Below, in pieces: positions 1-9,234 of a stretch of DNA of 64,000 nt. A program made the position numbers and the translations under genes. The DNA lies in NCBI GenBank assembly GCA_041657885.1, contig JBBABB010000001.1, positions 267,184 through 331,183 of the forward strand. Reading direction: 5' to 3'. The notes beneath the pieces are model-generated. The model did no database searches. It saw only the letters and a program-made list of their open reading frames with translations, and was not told the origin of the DNA. The DNA is from Minisyncoccota bacterium. Its GTDB lineage: Bacteria; Patescibacteriota; Minisyncoccia; Phycocordibacterales; UBA9973. Position 1 is the first letter of the stretch, and every line of letters starts with the position of its first letter.

Positions 1-719
1 GCCATCCTCCCACCAACCGATAACCGACTGAAACCTTTTTGTATTACTTGTTCTAAATTTGACAATTCACTGTTCGTTGCAATCCGGAGCGCTTGGAAAG
101 TTTTGGTTGAAGGATTAATCCTTTTCCCTTTGTAAAACCTGCTAACGGCTTTTTCAATAATTTCATTTAGATCGAATGTCGTTTTAATCTTTTTCTCCAT
201 CCTTGCTTCTACGATTCCCTTTGCGATTTTTCTTGAAAATTTCTCTTCACCGAAACCATAAATAATATCTGCTAATGTTTCTTCACTCCAAGTGTTTACT
301 ATCTCATAAGCCGTCAGGTCATCACCACTCGGATCTCTTTTCATTGTCATCAATAGTGATTCGTTTTTAGAAAATGAGAATCCCCTATCTCCCTCTTCAA
401 GCTGGAATGAACTGAGACCTAGGTCAAGCAGAATTCGATCAACTTTTGGAATCTTTAAATCATCAAGAACTTTGTCTATGTTCTGAAATCCAGTTGTTTC
501 GAAAGTTACATTAGAATAAGTCTCATCAATTATTTTTTTTGATCTGGATATCGCATCTTTATCCAAATCAAAACAAATAATTTTTACATTCTTACCAAAA
601 CGCTTGATTATCTCAAGGGTATGACCTCCACCACCGAGTGTCCCATCTACAATCGTATCTCCAGACTTTATTTGAAGTCCATCGATTGATTCACCTAGTA
701 ATACAGAAATATGTTTCAT
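1..719 (-). CDS. rsmH: 16S rRNA m4C1402 methyltransferase RsmH (partial, runs off window start)
   Basis: Manual translation from ATG at 719: MKHISVLLGESIDGL..DGTLGGGGH..DLGLSSFQL..RGFSF; follows mraZ. Confidence 0.95.
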   Translation of the reverse strand, partial: MKHISVLLGESIDGLQIKSGDTIVDGTLGGGGHTLEIIKRFGKNVKIICFDLDKDAISRSKKIIDETYSNVTFETTGFQNIDKVLDDLKIPKVDRILLDLGLSSFQLEEGDRGFSFSKNESLLMTMKRDPSGDDLTAYEIVNTWSEETLADIIYGFGEEKFSRKIAKGIVEARMEKKIKTTFDLNEIIEKAVSRFYKGKRINPSTKTFQALRIATNSELSNLEQVIQKGFSRLSVGGRM

Positions 720-720
720 T

Positions 721-1155
721 TTAAAGAACACCTATCTGCCCCAATTTATCTGCGAGGGCGTCTGCCTGCGTCTCTACAACTTTTTTGTAGTCATTCCATG
801 CTTTTTCATTCCAGATTTCTGCGCGATTCTGTACACCAATAACAACAACTTTGGAAGTCAGGCCTGAACGATTTTTTAAATTTTCCGGGATTAGTATTCG
901 GCCATTCGTATCTACATCTACAATCACAGCTTGACCAAACATAAATCTCGAGAAACTTCTGTTATCACTCGCGAGCATTGAGGAGTCAGATAATTTCCCT
1001 GAAATCTTTTGCCACTCGTGGGTGGTAAAGATTGAAAGACAATTATCTAATCCTGGAGCAACAACAACACTCTTCCCCATTTCCTTTCGGAATTTAACGG
1101 GTAATGACATTCTATTCTTGTCATCCAATGTGTGAGTGTATTCTCCTATGAGCAT
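721..1155 (-). CDS. mraZ: Division/cell wall cluster transcriptional repressor MraZ
   Basis: MLIGEYTHTLDDKNR..DTNGRILIP..RAEIW; upstream of rsmH. Confidence 0.97.
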   Translation of the reverse strand: MLIGEYTHTLDDKNRMSLPVKFRKEMGKSVVVAPGLDNCLSIFTTHEWQKISGKLSDSSMLASDNRSFSRFMFGQAVIVDVDTNGRILIPENLKNRSGLTSKVVVIGVQNRAEIWNEKAWNDYKKVVETQADALADKLGQIGVL

Positions 1156-1256
1156 AAAATTTCGTGGAATGAGTTTAATTTATAAAAAATTCTTTAACCC
1201 TAAAAATTTTCTTTATGAAAATTTCGGGCGAACAATTTTTAACAAAATTGTTTTAG

Positions 1257-1323
1257 CCCACTTCATCCCACTTGCCTAATATTATACACCACTTCATCCC
1301 ACAAAACAAACAACCCCTCCCAC
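1257..1323 (-). promoter_or_regulatory. MraZ operator repeats around the -10 box of the mraZ promoter
   Basis: Minus-strand GTGG(G) boxes at 10-bp spacing (GTGGGATGAAGTGG twice) flanking TATAAT. Confidence 0.75.
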
Positions 1324-1331
1324 CCTAAAAC

Positions 1332-1340
1332 TGTGGATAA
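1332..1340 (-). promoter_or_regulatory. Single DnaA box
   Basis: TGTGGATAA = TTATCCACA on the minus strand, upstream of mraZ. Confidence 0.45.
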
Positions 1341-1350
1341 CTAATCAAGA

Positions 1351-1378
1351 AAAAACCTGTCCAAAAGACAGGTTTTTT
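1351..1378 (-). terminator. Intrinsic terminator of lysS
   Basis: aaaaaacctgtc-caaaa-gacaggtttttt hairpin with T tract just after the lysS stop. Confidence 0.7.
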
Positions 1379-1390
1379 CTTGATTAGTTT

Positions 1391-2878
1391 CTATTCCTTC
1401 GGTTTCATTATCGGGAAAAAGATTACATCGCGGAGATTTTTCTGTTCTGTGAATATTGCCACGAGGCGGTCTATTCCCATTCCAAAGCCTGTCATTGGTG
1501 GCATACCGTGCTCCATGGCCGTCAGGAATCGCTCATCTATTTGCATCGCTTCTTCGTCACCCTCTTCTTTGGCTTTTGATTGTGCTGATAGAAGTTCTCT
1601 TTGTATCATTGGATTTACCAATTCAGCGTATTGATTTGTAATCTCTGCTCCAGCAATGATAAGCTGGCAAACTTTCGCTGTCCCATTTTCATTTTGTTGA
1701 GCCAAAGGTTTTAAGTCCCCCGGAAAATCTATCACAAAAGTTGGATTTATTATTTTTGAACGAGATGATTTTTTATAAATTTTATCCAGCAAGTTTCCAC
1801 GTCCAAATTTTTTTACTTCTTCTTCTTTTACTCCCCATTTTATAGCTTCCTTGCGAGCTTCATCAAGAGTGATAGTTTCTATATCAATACCGGCATCTTT
1901 TTGGAGCAATGAGCCAAAAGTAATACGAGGCCACTCCCCGCCCAAATCTACATCAGTACCATTGCCATCATTATCGTAAACTTTGTATGTTGTCTTTCCG
2001 ACTAAATTTGTCGCAATATTCTTAATAAGTTCTTCGGTCCATTCCATATTCGTCTCAAGTGTTTGATAAGCCGCATACCATTCAATCATTGTAAATTCTT
2101 GCAAGTGAGTAGGGTCGGTTCCTTCATTTCTAAAATTCTTTCCTATTTCATATACTCTTTCATACCCTCCAACCATAAGAATCTTATGGTCAAGTTCAAG
2201 AGCGATACGAAGAACCATCGGCATCGCATAATCATTGTGATAAGTCTCAAATACTTTCGCCATCGCGCCCCCTGCTTGAGTTTGCAATATTGGTGTTTCA
2301 ACTTCAAGGAAATTTTTATTATCAAAAAACTCTCGTGTAAATTTAATTATTTTTGAGCGAAGGATAAAGCGATTATATACATCTTTATCCATCAAAATAT
2401 CGAGATAGCGCTTGCGATATATCTCTTCTTGGTCTTGAAGGCCGTGCCATTTATCAGGAATAGGAAGAAGGGCTTTTGTCGCCATCTTCCAGTCTTTTAT
2501 TAAAATACTTTGTTCCCCTCTTTGAGTGACAAAAAGGGACCCAGTTACAGATATAAAATCGCCATTATCAATTGTGTCTACAAATAAATTAAATACCTCA
2601 TCGCTCAAAGAATCTTTTTTAAGAACTGCTTGTAATCTCTTGTCTCCATCTTGCAATACTATAAACAATATTGACCCTTGTCCTCGCACAACGATAACTC
2701 TACCAACAACTGAAATATTTTTCTTTTCGGAAGTGGATGCAAGTTTATCAAAAGAATTTTTTACTTCCTTTATTGAATAATCGCGCGCGACAAAAGGAGG
2801 ATACGGATCCATCCCTGCTACCCTTAATAATTCTATTTTCTTGATTCGCGCGTCGCGCAATTCTTCTATTGATGCCAT
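1391..2878 (-). CDS. lysS: Lysine--tRNA ligase (class II)
   Basis: YRKRYLD, FRNEG, GMPPMTGFGMGIDRL motifs. Confidence 0.98.
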   Translation of the reverse strand: MASIEELRDARIKKIELLRVAGMDPYPPFVARDYSIKEVKNSFDKLASTSEKKNISVVGRVIVVRGQGSILFIVLQDGDKRLQAVLKKDSLSDEVFNLFVDTIDNGDFISVTGSLFVTQRGEQSILIKDWKMATKALLPIPDKWHGLQDQEEIYRKRYLDILMDKDVYNRFILRSKIIKFTREFFDNKNFLEVETPILQTQAGGAMAKVFETYHNDYAMPMVLRIALELDHKILMVGGYERVYEIGKNFRNEGTDPTHLQEFTMIEWYAAYQTLETNMEWTEELIKNIATNLVGKTTYKVYDNDGNGTDVDLGGEWPRITFGSLLQKDAGIDIETITLDEARKEAIKWGVKEEEVKKFGRGNLLDKIYKKSSRSKIINPTFVIDFPGDLKPLAQQNENGTAKVCQLIIAGAEITNQYAELVNPMIQRELLSAQSKAKEEGDEEAMQIDERFLTAMEHGMPPMTGFGMGIDRLVAIFTEQKNLRDVIFFPIMKPKE

Positions 2879-2883
2879 ACCCT

Positions 2884-3348
2884 CTATTGTATATCAATTA
2901 GAGTGTATTTGACTAGTCCCTTGGGGGTTTTGATAGATATAACATCTCCCTTTCTCTTGCCGAATAGTGCTTCACCTAGCGGAGATTTATTTGATATTTT
3001 GTTATTTGTCATATCTGCTTCCTCTGCCCCTACAATACTGTAGGTTATCTCATCTTTGGAATTTTCTTTTATAACTTTAACAGTAGTTCCAATTTCAACA
3101 CTTGCACTAAAATGCTTTTTTACCACTACGGCAGATTTGAGCATATGATCTATTTGGAGTATGCGGTCTTCTGTTTTTCCTTGATCCTCGCGTGCTTGGT
3201 GATATTCGGCATTCTCCGAAAGATCCCCGAGAGCCCTAGCAGCTTCTAAAGATTCAAGTATTTCCTTGCGTTTTGTCGTCTTTAAATAATTGAGCTCATT
3301 TTCTAAGGCTTGTTTTTTCTCTTCTGTTATATAATTTATTTCATCCAT
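2884..3348 (-). CDS. greA: Transcription elongation factor GreA
   Basis: GDLSENAEY, SPLGEALFG motifs. Confidence 0.97.
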   Translation of the reverse strand: MDEINYITEEKKQALENELNYLKTTKRKEILESLEAARALGDLSENAEYHQAREDQGKTEDRILQIDHMLKSAVVVKKHFSASVEIGTTVKVIKENSKDEITYSIVGAEEADMTNNKISNKSPLGEALFGKRKGDVISIKTPKGLVKYTLIDIQ

Positions 3349-3369
3349 AATTTGTCCATATTAGCTTAT

Positions 3370-5076
3370 TTAGTGATATAAGTCAAAGTATTCTGGAGTA
3401 TAAACACTTATATAATCTATGACTTCGCTCATTACTCGAGTTGCATTACCTGATGCTGCTTTGGGACCACGCTCCATAACGAGGGCAAAGGCATATTTAG
3501 GATTATCATACGGGAAAAAACCTATTATCCAAGAGTTTGTATTTGTATTACCAAGTCCGACTTGTGCCGTACCAGACTTGGCAGCAACTTTTACATTTAC
3601 TAGATTAAGCGCTGTCGCAGTCCCCTCTGTTACTGCCATTCTCATACCCTCGTGTATAACATTTATATTATTGGCATCAACGGGAATAGTTATTTTTTGT
3701 GATTCAAAACTGCTATCTGCAAGAGTAATATGCGGAGTATAAATTGTTCCCATATTTGCAATTCCTGCTATTGCTTTTACCATTTGAATAGGAGTCACTT
3801 GAAAACCATACTGACCAATGGCAGTATTATAAGTATCACCAACTCGCCATATTTCCCCTTTAAATGTTTTTGTTTTCCATTCTGGAGTCGGGATTGTGCC
3901 GTCCTTTTCACCATTAAGATTAATCCCTGTCTTTTCTCCTATTCCAAATAATCTTGAATATTTATCAATATTTACTATACCTAAACCTTTTTGACTTTCA
4001 TATCCACCACCTATTTCATAAAAATATACGTCAGAAGAAATTGCAATCGCTTTTCTCATATCCACATAACCGAAAGTCCCGTGGTCCTTAAATACCGATT
4101 TTTTATCTGGAAAATAAGGATTAGGAATAGAAATTGACCCATTTGAGAAAATTACCTTTAATGGACTAATAATATTCTCAACTAACGCTCCATATCCCAA
4201 AAATGGTTTTATTATAGAACCTGGACTATACAATCCAGAAATAGTACGATTCAAAAATACTTTTCTTTTATCTGAAAAATATCCATTTATTGTTTTACTA
4301 TCACTGCCAAGAGATAAAACATTTCCATCGTATTCTGGAAAGCTGGTGATAGCGAGTAATTCACCAGTTTTTATATCCATAATTACTCCAGCTCCACCTT
4401 GGAAATTCACGTTTTGTGCCATCGACGATATTGAATCATACATTTTTTTTTGAATTCTGGAATCGATAGAAAGATTTATATTTTCCCCCGCTTTAGGTGG
4501 TGATATTATATTTTCTGATTGAATAACTCCATTAACATCTGTTTCTGTAATACGAACCCCATTGACTCCCGTGAGAATGTCATTATAAAAATTCTCTACC
4601 CCATCTTTACCTATAAAATTATCTTGCCAATAACGTCCAGATGAGTCTTTAGCTGGAGAGCTCACATAACCAAGAAGCAACCCAAATCCTGGGGATGAAT
4701 AATAAGATCTCTCGGGCGAAGATAATTTATTTATATCTTCCTTGTCCCATGTGTTCCAAGAAAGCAAAACTCCCTTACGATCATATATTAATCCCCTGTC
4801 AGAAAAAATAGGTTGCTTCTGGAGTGTATTATTTTCACTTTTTTTGAAATATGACCCACCTTTAATTATTTGGAGATTAAAAACTTGCCCAATGAATATA
4901 AATGATATCCCAAGAAAGAACAACCCGACCCAAAAGATAGAACGCTTTGATATTGCCTTCTCTAACCTGCCTTCAAACTGTTGTATATTAAAATTAGGTA
5001 AGTTTTTAGAATCAAGAAAAATTTCATCCGGATCAATATCTTTTTTTATTCGATTGTGATTAATGTGAAACCTCAT
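3370..5076 (-). CDS. mrdA: Penicillin-binding protein 2 (class B transpeptidase)
   Basis: PGSIIK (SxxK), SSDVYFY, KSGTAQ motifs; N-terminal TM anchor. Confidence 0.9.
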   Translation of the reverse strand: MRFHINHNRIKKDIDPDEIFLDSKNLPNFNIQQFEGRLEKAISKRSIFWVGLFFLGISFIFIGQVFNLQIIKGGSYFKKSENNTLQKQPIFSDRGLIYDRKGVLLSWNTWDKEDINKLSSPERSYYSSPGFGLLLGYVSSPAKDSSGRYWQDNFIGKDGVENFYNDILTGVNGVRITETDVNGVIQSENIISPPKAGENINLSIDSRIQKKMYDSISSMAQNVNFQGGAGVIMDIKTGELLAITSFPEYDGNVLSLGSDSKTINGYFSDKRKVFLNRTISGLYSPGSIIKPFLGYGALVENIISPLKVIFSNGSISIPNPYFPDKKSVFKDHGTFGYVDMRKAIAISSDVYFYEIGGGYESQKGLGIVNIDKYSRLFGIGEKTGINLNGEKDGTIPTPEWKTKTFKGEIWRVGDTYNTAIGQYGFQVTPIQMVKAIAGIANMGTIYTPHITLADSSFESQKITIPVDANNINVIHEGMRMAVTEGTATALNLVNVKVAAKSGTAQVGLGNTNTNSWIIGFFPYDNPKYAFALVMERGPKAASGNATRVMSEVIDYISVYTPEYFDLYH

Positions 5077-5083
5077 TTTAATT

Positions 5084-5347
5084 TTATTTTTTATATAAAA
5101 TAATATTATTTTTTATATACTCAATTGCAATATATAAAGTTATAAGAACTGAAGAGAAAAATATTGGGGAAGAAATTATTCTATCTCCAGGAATAGTATA
5201 TAAAGAATAGATGATTACGCTAGCTACTATAAATTCATAAAAATTATTAAAAATAAATATACCAATAAATAACAAAAAAATACTAACCCACCAAGGAAAA
5301 ATAAAAACCGAAAGAAATAATACTATATCAAAAATAACTCTTTTCAT
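5084..5347 (-). CDS. Small hypothetical membrane protein
   Basis: 87-aa hydrophobic ORF directly upstream of PBP2. Confidence 0.65.
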   Translation of the reverse strand: MKRVIFDIVLFLSVFIFPWWVSIFLLFIGIFIFNNFYEFIVASVIIYSLYTIPGDRIISSPIFFSSVLITLYIAIEYIKNNIILYKK

Positions 5348-5392
5348 TATATATATATTATACTAGAGTATAACTCTATTTGACAAATATTA

Positions 5393-6223
5393 TTATCTGT
5401 TTCGTATTTTACGATATATAAAACGTAGAATAAAAAATACAACTATGACTAAAATTCCATAGAAAACAATTTTGTTACCAAAAATAAAAGAAAGGAATGT
5501 AAATAAAAAGAGCTTAATATAAGCGATTGGTTTCTTTACTGCATCTTCAATATTACTTTTTTCATCTAAGGTTTTGGCTACTGTTTTTTCTTCACTTTTA
5601 ATTAAATTTATTTCTTTTTGTGTTTCATCCTTAACCGCAGTTACTTGTGTAAAAGTTTTATCGCGAAAATTATCTAATACAGTAAAACCATCTGAAATAG
5701 AAGTACTAACTTTTTCTGGAATAATGCCATTTATTTCAGCACTTGTTTTATTTATTTGATTCTTTAGTAAATCCGTCTCGGACACAGATTCACCTAAATT
5801 ATTCTTAACTACTACAGAGACAAATTGCTTGTCGTTAGAAGTTGCGATACGAGTAAGTATAACTTTTTCTTTTTTACTAGAAACAGTTACTGCTGATGAG
5901 ATAATTTTTGCAGATAGGACATGATCCCCAGATGTAACTTTCCACGGGATATACACATCTTTTAATTCTAAAGCATTCAACACAACATCTCTATCACCTA
6001 GAACTACATTCTTATCATAAAATTCAACTTTTACGGACAATGAATTACTCTCTCCATTCCAAACTGCTGTGTGAATGTTAACAGTATCACCTTCTATAAG
6101 CTTATCTTTGGAATACCAAATCTGCCCAGGAATAAAGCCAGAAACAGCAGATACTTCAGCGTAAACTGGTAGTGAAAAGAAAATGGAAAATATAATTAAT
6201 AAAGAGAGAAAATATTTTTTCAT
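5393..6223 (-). CDS. Hypothetical exported protein, Ig/CARDB-like N-domain and C-terminal TM anchor
   Basis: Signal peptide, beta-rich domain, C-terminal hydrophobic segments and basic tail. Confidence 0.7.
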   Translation of the reverse strand: MKKYFLSLLIIFSIFFSLPVYAEVSAVSGFIPGQIWYSKDKLIEGDTVNIHTAVWNGESNSLSVKVEFYDKNVVLGDRDVVLNALELKDVYIPWKVTSGDHVLSAKIISSAVTVSSKKEKVILTRIATSNDKQFVSVVVKNNLGESVSETDLLKNQINKTSAEINGIIPEKVSTSISDGFTVLDNFRDKTFTQVTAVKDETQKEINLIKSEEKTVAKTLDEKSNIEDAVKKPIAYIKLFLFTFLSFIFGNKIVFYGILVIVVFFILRFIYRKIRNR

Positions 6224-6241
6224 TATTTTATTATACCATAT

Positions 6242-7618
6242 TTAAATTTTTAATAAGTAATCCCCAACTTTTGAGGCTTCTCCTGCTCCCATTGTAATAA
6301 TAATGTCTTTATCATTCATATTTGGAAGTCCGACCTGCCTTGCCGTCAGGCAGGCTTCCAAATATTTTTCTACTTCCCTAAAGCCAAGAAAAGATTTTGC
6401 GTTATGTGTATTATTGTTTATTTCCTCTGCTAAAATTTCTGAACTTATCGTACCATCATCAATTTCACGAGCATAATAAATCGGTAATAATAAAACTTCG
6501 TCAGCATCGAAAAAACTTTTAGCGAAGTCCGGCAAAAGTAATTTTGTACGAGAAAATAAATGTGGTTGAAATACTACTGTTATTTTCCATCTGTCCCTCT
6601 TCGGATATAATTCGCGGAATCCTTCAAGCGTCGCTATTATTTCTGTTGGGTGGTGAGCATAATCATCGTAAAGAAGTGAACCTTGTGAGAGTTTTCCCCT
6701 AAACTCAAATCTTTTCCATGTTCCAGGAAATTCTCTCAAATATTTCTCGGAATCGGATTGAGAGACTCCGAGAACTGCGGCGGCGGCTACAGCCGCCACC
6801 GCATCCTTTTTGTTGTGTACTCCAGGAATTTTTAATTTCAAATCTGTATTAAAATAATCTTGCCAATCTACAACACGCGCATTTATGTCTTTGATTACAT
6901 CCGCAATATTTACATCGTTTGGATTACAAACTACATATCCATCACTTGGCACTTTCATCGCCATCTCATGGAATGCACTTTTTATATCTTCAATATCTTT
7001 ATAATAATCCAAATGGTCGCTATCAATATTCGTAATTACCAAAATCTTTGGATTTATATTTAAAAATGACCTTCTATACTCACAGGCCTCAACAACCAAA
7101 TACTTACTCTTTCCCGCAATAAAATTACTTTTGGTACCTATAAGTAAACTTCCCACAATAACAGTTGGATCATTACCATTATCACAAAGAATCTGTGCAA
7201 TCATTGCCGTAGTGGTTGTTTTACCGTGTGTTCCTGAAATCGCAATCGTATATTTATCACGACTTATAATATCAAGCATTTGCGGATATGAACGAACTTG
7301 GATTTCGGTTTCTTGCCCGTTTGCATTTTTATGCAAAATAGGGTGTTCTTTTATTTTTTTTGCAAGTTCTGGGTCATAAGTATCTATAGCAATTGTATAA
7401 ACTATTAAATCAGTATCTTTTGGAATATTCTCATATGATTGGCCAATTTTAATCGAAATCCCCAGCTTTTTAAGTTCCATCACAATTTCCCCTTCCTGCA
7501 TATCTTGCCCTGTCACATTCTTCCCTTCATGGAGCATCATTCTGGCCACCGCCGAAATCCCGATACCACCGATACCGATAAAGTGAACATTTTTAATTTT
7601 TGATAAATCTAGGTCCAT
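6242..7618 (-). CDS. murC: UDP-N-acetylmuramate--L-alanine ligase
   Basis: HFIGIGGIGIS, GTHGKTTTT, DDYAHHPTEI. Confidence 0.96.
   Translation of the reverse strand: MDLDLSKIKNVHFIGIGGIGISAVARMMLHEGKNVTGQDMQEGEIVMELKKLGISIKIGQSYENIPKDTDLIVYTIAIDTYDPELAKKIKEHPILHKNANGQETEIQVRSYPQMLDIISRDKYTIAISGTHGKTTTTAMIAQILCDNGNDPTVIVGSLLIGTKSNFIAGKSKYLVVEACEYRRSFLNINPKILVITNIDSDHLDYYKDIEDIKSAFHEMAMKVPSDGYVVCNPNDVNIADVIKDINARVVDWQDYFNTDLKLKIPGVHNKKDAVAAVAAAAVLGVSQSDSEKYLREFPGTWKRFEFRGKLSQGSLLYDDYAHHPTEIIATLEGFRELYPKRDRWKITVVFQPHLFSRTKLLLPDFAKSFFDADEVLLLPIYYAREIDDGTISSEILAEEINNNTHNAKSFLGFREVEKYLEACLTARQVGLPNMNDKDIIITMGAGEASKVGDYLLKI
6321..6362. repeat. Nested in-frame palindromes in murC (CCTGCC..GGCAGG inside TTTGGAAGT..ACTTCCAAA)
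   Basis: tttggaagtccga[cctgccttgccgtcaggcagg]cttccaaa; encodes LEACLTARQVGLPN. Confidence 0.8.
7316..7343. repeat. In-frame palindromic insert in murC
   Basis: cccgtttgcat-tttt-atgcaaaataggg; encodes PILHKNANG. Confidence 0.5.
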
Positions 7619-7619
7619 A

Positions 7620-8129
7620 TTATTTAAATAATTCTTCCAAATTTAATTTTCTAGGTTCTTTAATAACTAAAAACTTTTTATCTTTTATAGATTCTAATAT
7701 AGAAAATATTTTTGGTTTGCTATGATTATTCCAATTATACACCCATGAAAAAAATTTGATATCAAACTTGTTCTTAGATTCTATTGGTCGTCCATACCTT
7801 TTATCTAATCCTAGTTTAACTCTAATTAATCGTTTAATAATACGATACAACTGTAATCTTCTTGGAATATCAATAAAAATAATTAGATTTGCCCAATCCA
7901 CTCTTTGGGGTAAAGTGCTTGTATAATTTCCTTCTATAACACCAACATTTTCAGATAATAATTTTTTATTTATTTCTATTAATTCATTAATATCTTTCTT
8001 TTTCCAATTAAAATCTAAAAATAAATTATCTAAATGATATACTGGGTAACCTGTATATAAAGAAATTCTATTCGCTAAGGTAGATTTACCAGAGCCACTT
8101 CCTCCTAAAATTATGATTCTCTTATACAT
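7620..8129 (-). CDS. Adenylate-kinase-like P-loop protein (FlaR/topology modulation family)
   Basis: GGSGSGKSTLA, HLD, IEGNY. Confidence 0.8.
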   Translation of the reverse strand: MYKRIIILGGSGSGKSTLANRISLYTGYPVYHLDNLFLDFNWKKKDINELIEINKKLLSENVGVIEGNYTSTLPQRVDWANLIIFIDIPRRLQLYRIIKRLIRVKLGLDKRYGRPIESKNKFDIKFFSWVYNWNNHSKPKIFSILESIKDKKFLVIKEPRKLNLEELFK

Positions 8130-8130
8130 T

Positions 8131-8739
8131 TTATTTGGCTTTATTTATAATATTTAGTATCTCAGGAAAAGCGGGTTGTTTAAAATGCCCTTTATTTTTA
8201 AATATATGGAAATTTGCATTAGAAATAATACTTTTAATAAATTCTGAATTTTTAAAGATACAAATATCATCGTCTTTTGAGTGCCAAAGATGTAATTCCT
8301 TACATTTCCTTCTAATTTTTTTAATATTTTTTACATTCAATTTAAAAGTTGAAAGCTTTTCTGGTCCCAGTCCATCATCAAAAATAGCTGGTGCAACTAA
8401 ATGAAGTTGATATATTTTTTTGGGAAAATTATTTTCAGATAGATATTTTAATAAGAAAATAGCCCCTAGTGAATGCCCAATTAAAATTGGATTTTTATCT
8501 TTAATAAAATCAAAATATTTTTTAAACCAAATTTTCCACTCTTCATACTTGGCATTTTTTTCACAAGGCATTTGTGGAATTAACACTTGATATTTATTTT
8601 TTAGACGCAAAGATAACCAATTTATCCAATATTTTTTCTTTTTATTTGGAACTAATTTATAATTTTTCAAAAAGTTCAAATAGTCCTTTTTTGAGCCAAA
8701 AGTATAACCTCCATGTATAAATAATATTTGTTTTTTCAT
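8131..8739 (-). CDS. Alpha/beta hydrolase (RBBP9/YdeN-like)
   Basis: FIHGG, GHSLG, HSKDD, GHF catalytic triad motifs. Confidence 0.85.
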   Translation of the reverse strand: MKKQILFIHGGYTFGSKKDYLNFLKNYKLVPNKKKKYWINWLSLRLKNKYQVLIPQMPCEKNAKYEEWKIWFKKYFDFIKDKNPILIGHSLGAIFLLKYLSENNFPKKIYQLHLVAPAIFDDGLGPEKLSTFKLNVKNIKKIRRKCKELHLWHSKDDDICIFKNSEFIKSIISNANFHIFKNKGHFKQPAFPEILNIINKAK

Positions 8740-9233
8740 ATATTTAATGATATTTCATCTACTTCTATTAATTCTTTACTAATAATTTTTGATGAATATT
8801 CTTTATTAGAGGGACAGTCAAAAAGAAAAGTTCCTTTGAATTTTTTTCCATCTAATAATAGTGGTAACCAAAATATATCATCTGGCCACATACTATCATA
8901 TGGTATCTCATCAACAGAAAACCAGCGTGGATTCATCTCTTCTGTTTCTTCGGGTGTTCCATCAAACTTATCAATAGAGTAAATATGAACTTCAAGCGAC
9001 GAAGAATGATCTTCAAATTCGAAATTTAATATTCCTCTTTTAGTCATTTCCTGTGCTTCCAGACAAGCCTCTTCTTTTAGTTCTCGTATAACAGCTTCTT
9101 CTATTGTCTCCTCTTGTCCTAATTTACCACCAAAACCGTTCCATCTACCAACACCAAATCCGCGCTTTTTCATTCCAAGCAATACTTTGAAATTCTGATG
9201 TATTATGCAAAGTGTTAATATTTTTTTCTGCAT
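8736..9233 (-). CDS. Nudix hydrolase, MTH1/8-oxo-dGTPase-like
   Basis: KKRGFGVGRWNGFGGK..RELKEE, MWPDD. Confidence 0.9.
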   Translation of the reverse strand: MQKKILTLCIIHQNFKVLLGMKKRGFGVGRWNGFGGKLGQEETIEEAVIRELKEEACLEAQEMTKRGILNFEFEDHSSSLEVHIYSIDKFDGTPEETEEMNPRWFSVDEIPYDSMWPDDIFWLPLLLDGKKFKGTFLFDCPSNKEYSSKIISKELIEVDEISLNI

Positions 9234-9234
9234 T

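Noticed and set aside
1332-1340. Replication origin
   Set aside because: Only a single DnaA box and no dnaA/dnaN nearby
6776-6802. GC-rich stretch in murC as an inserted element
   Set aside because: Explained by an Ala-rich helix at the conserved N..AA position of Mur ligases
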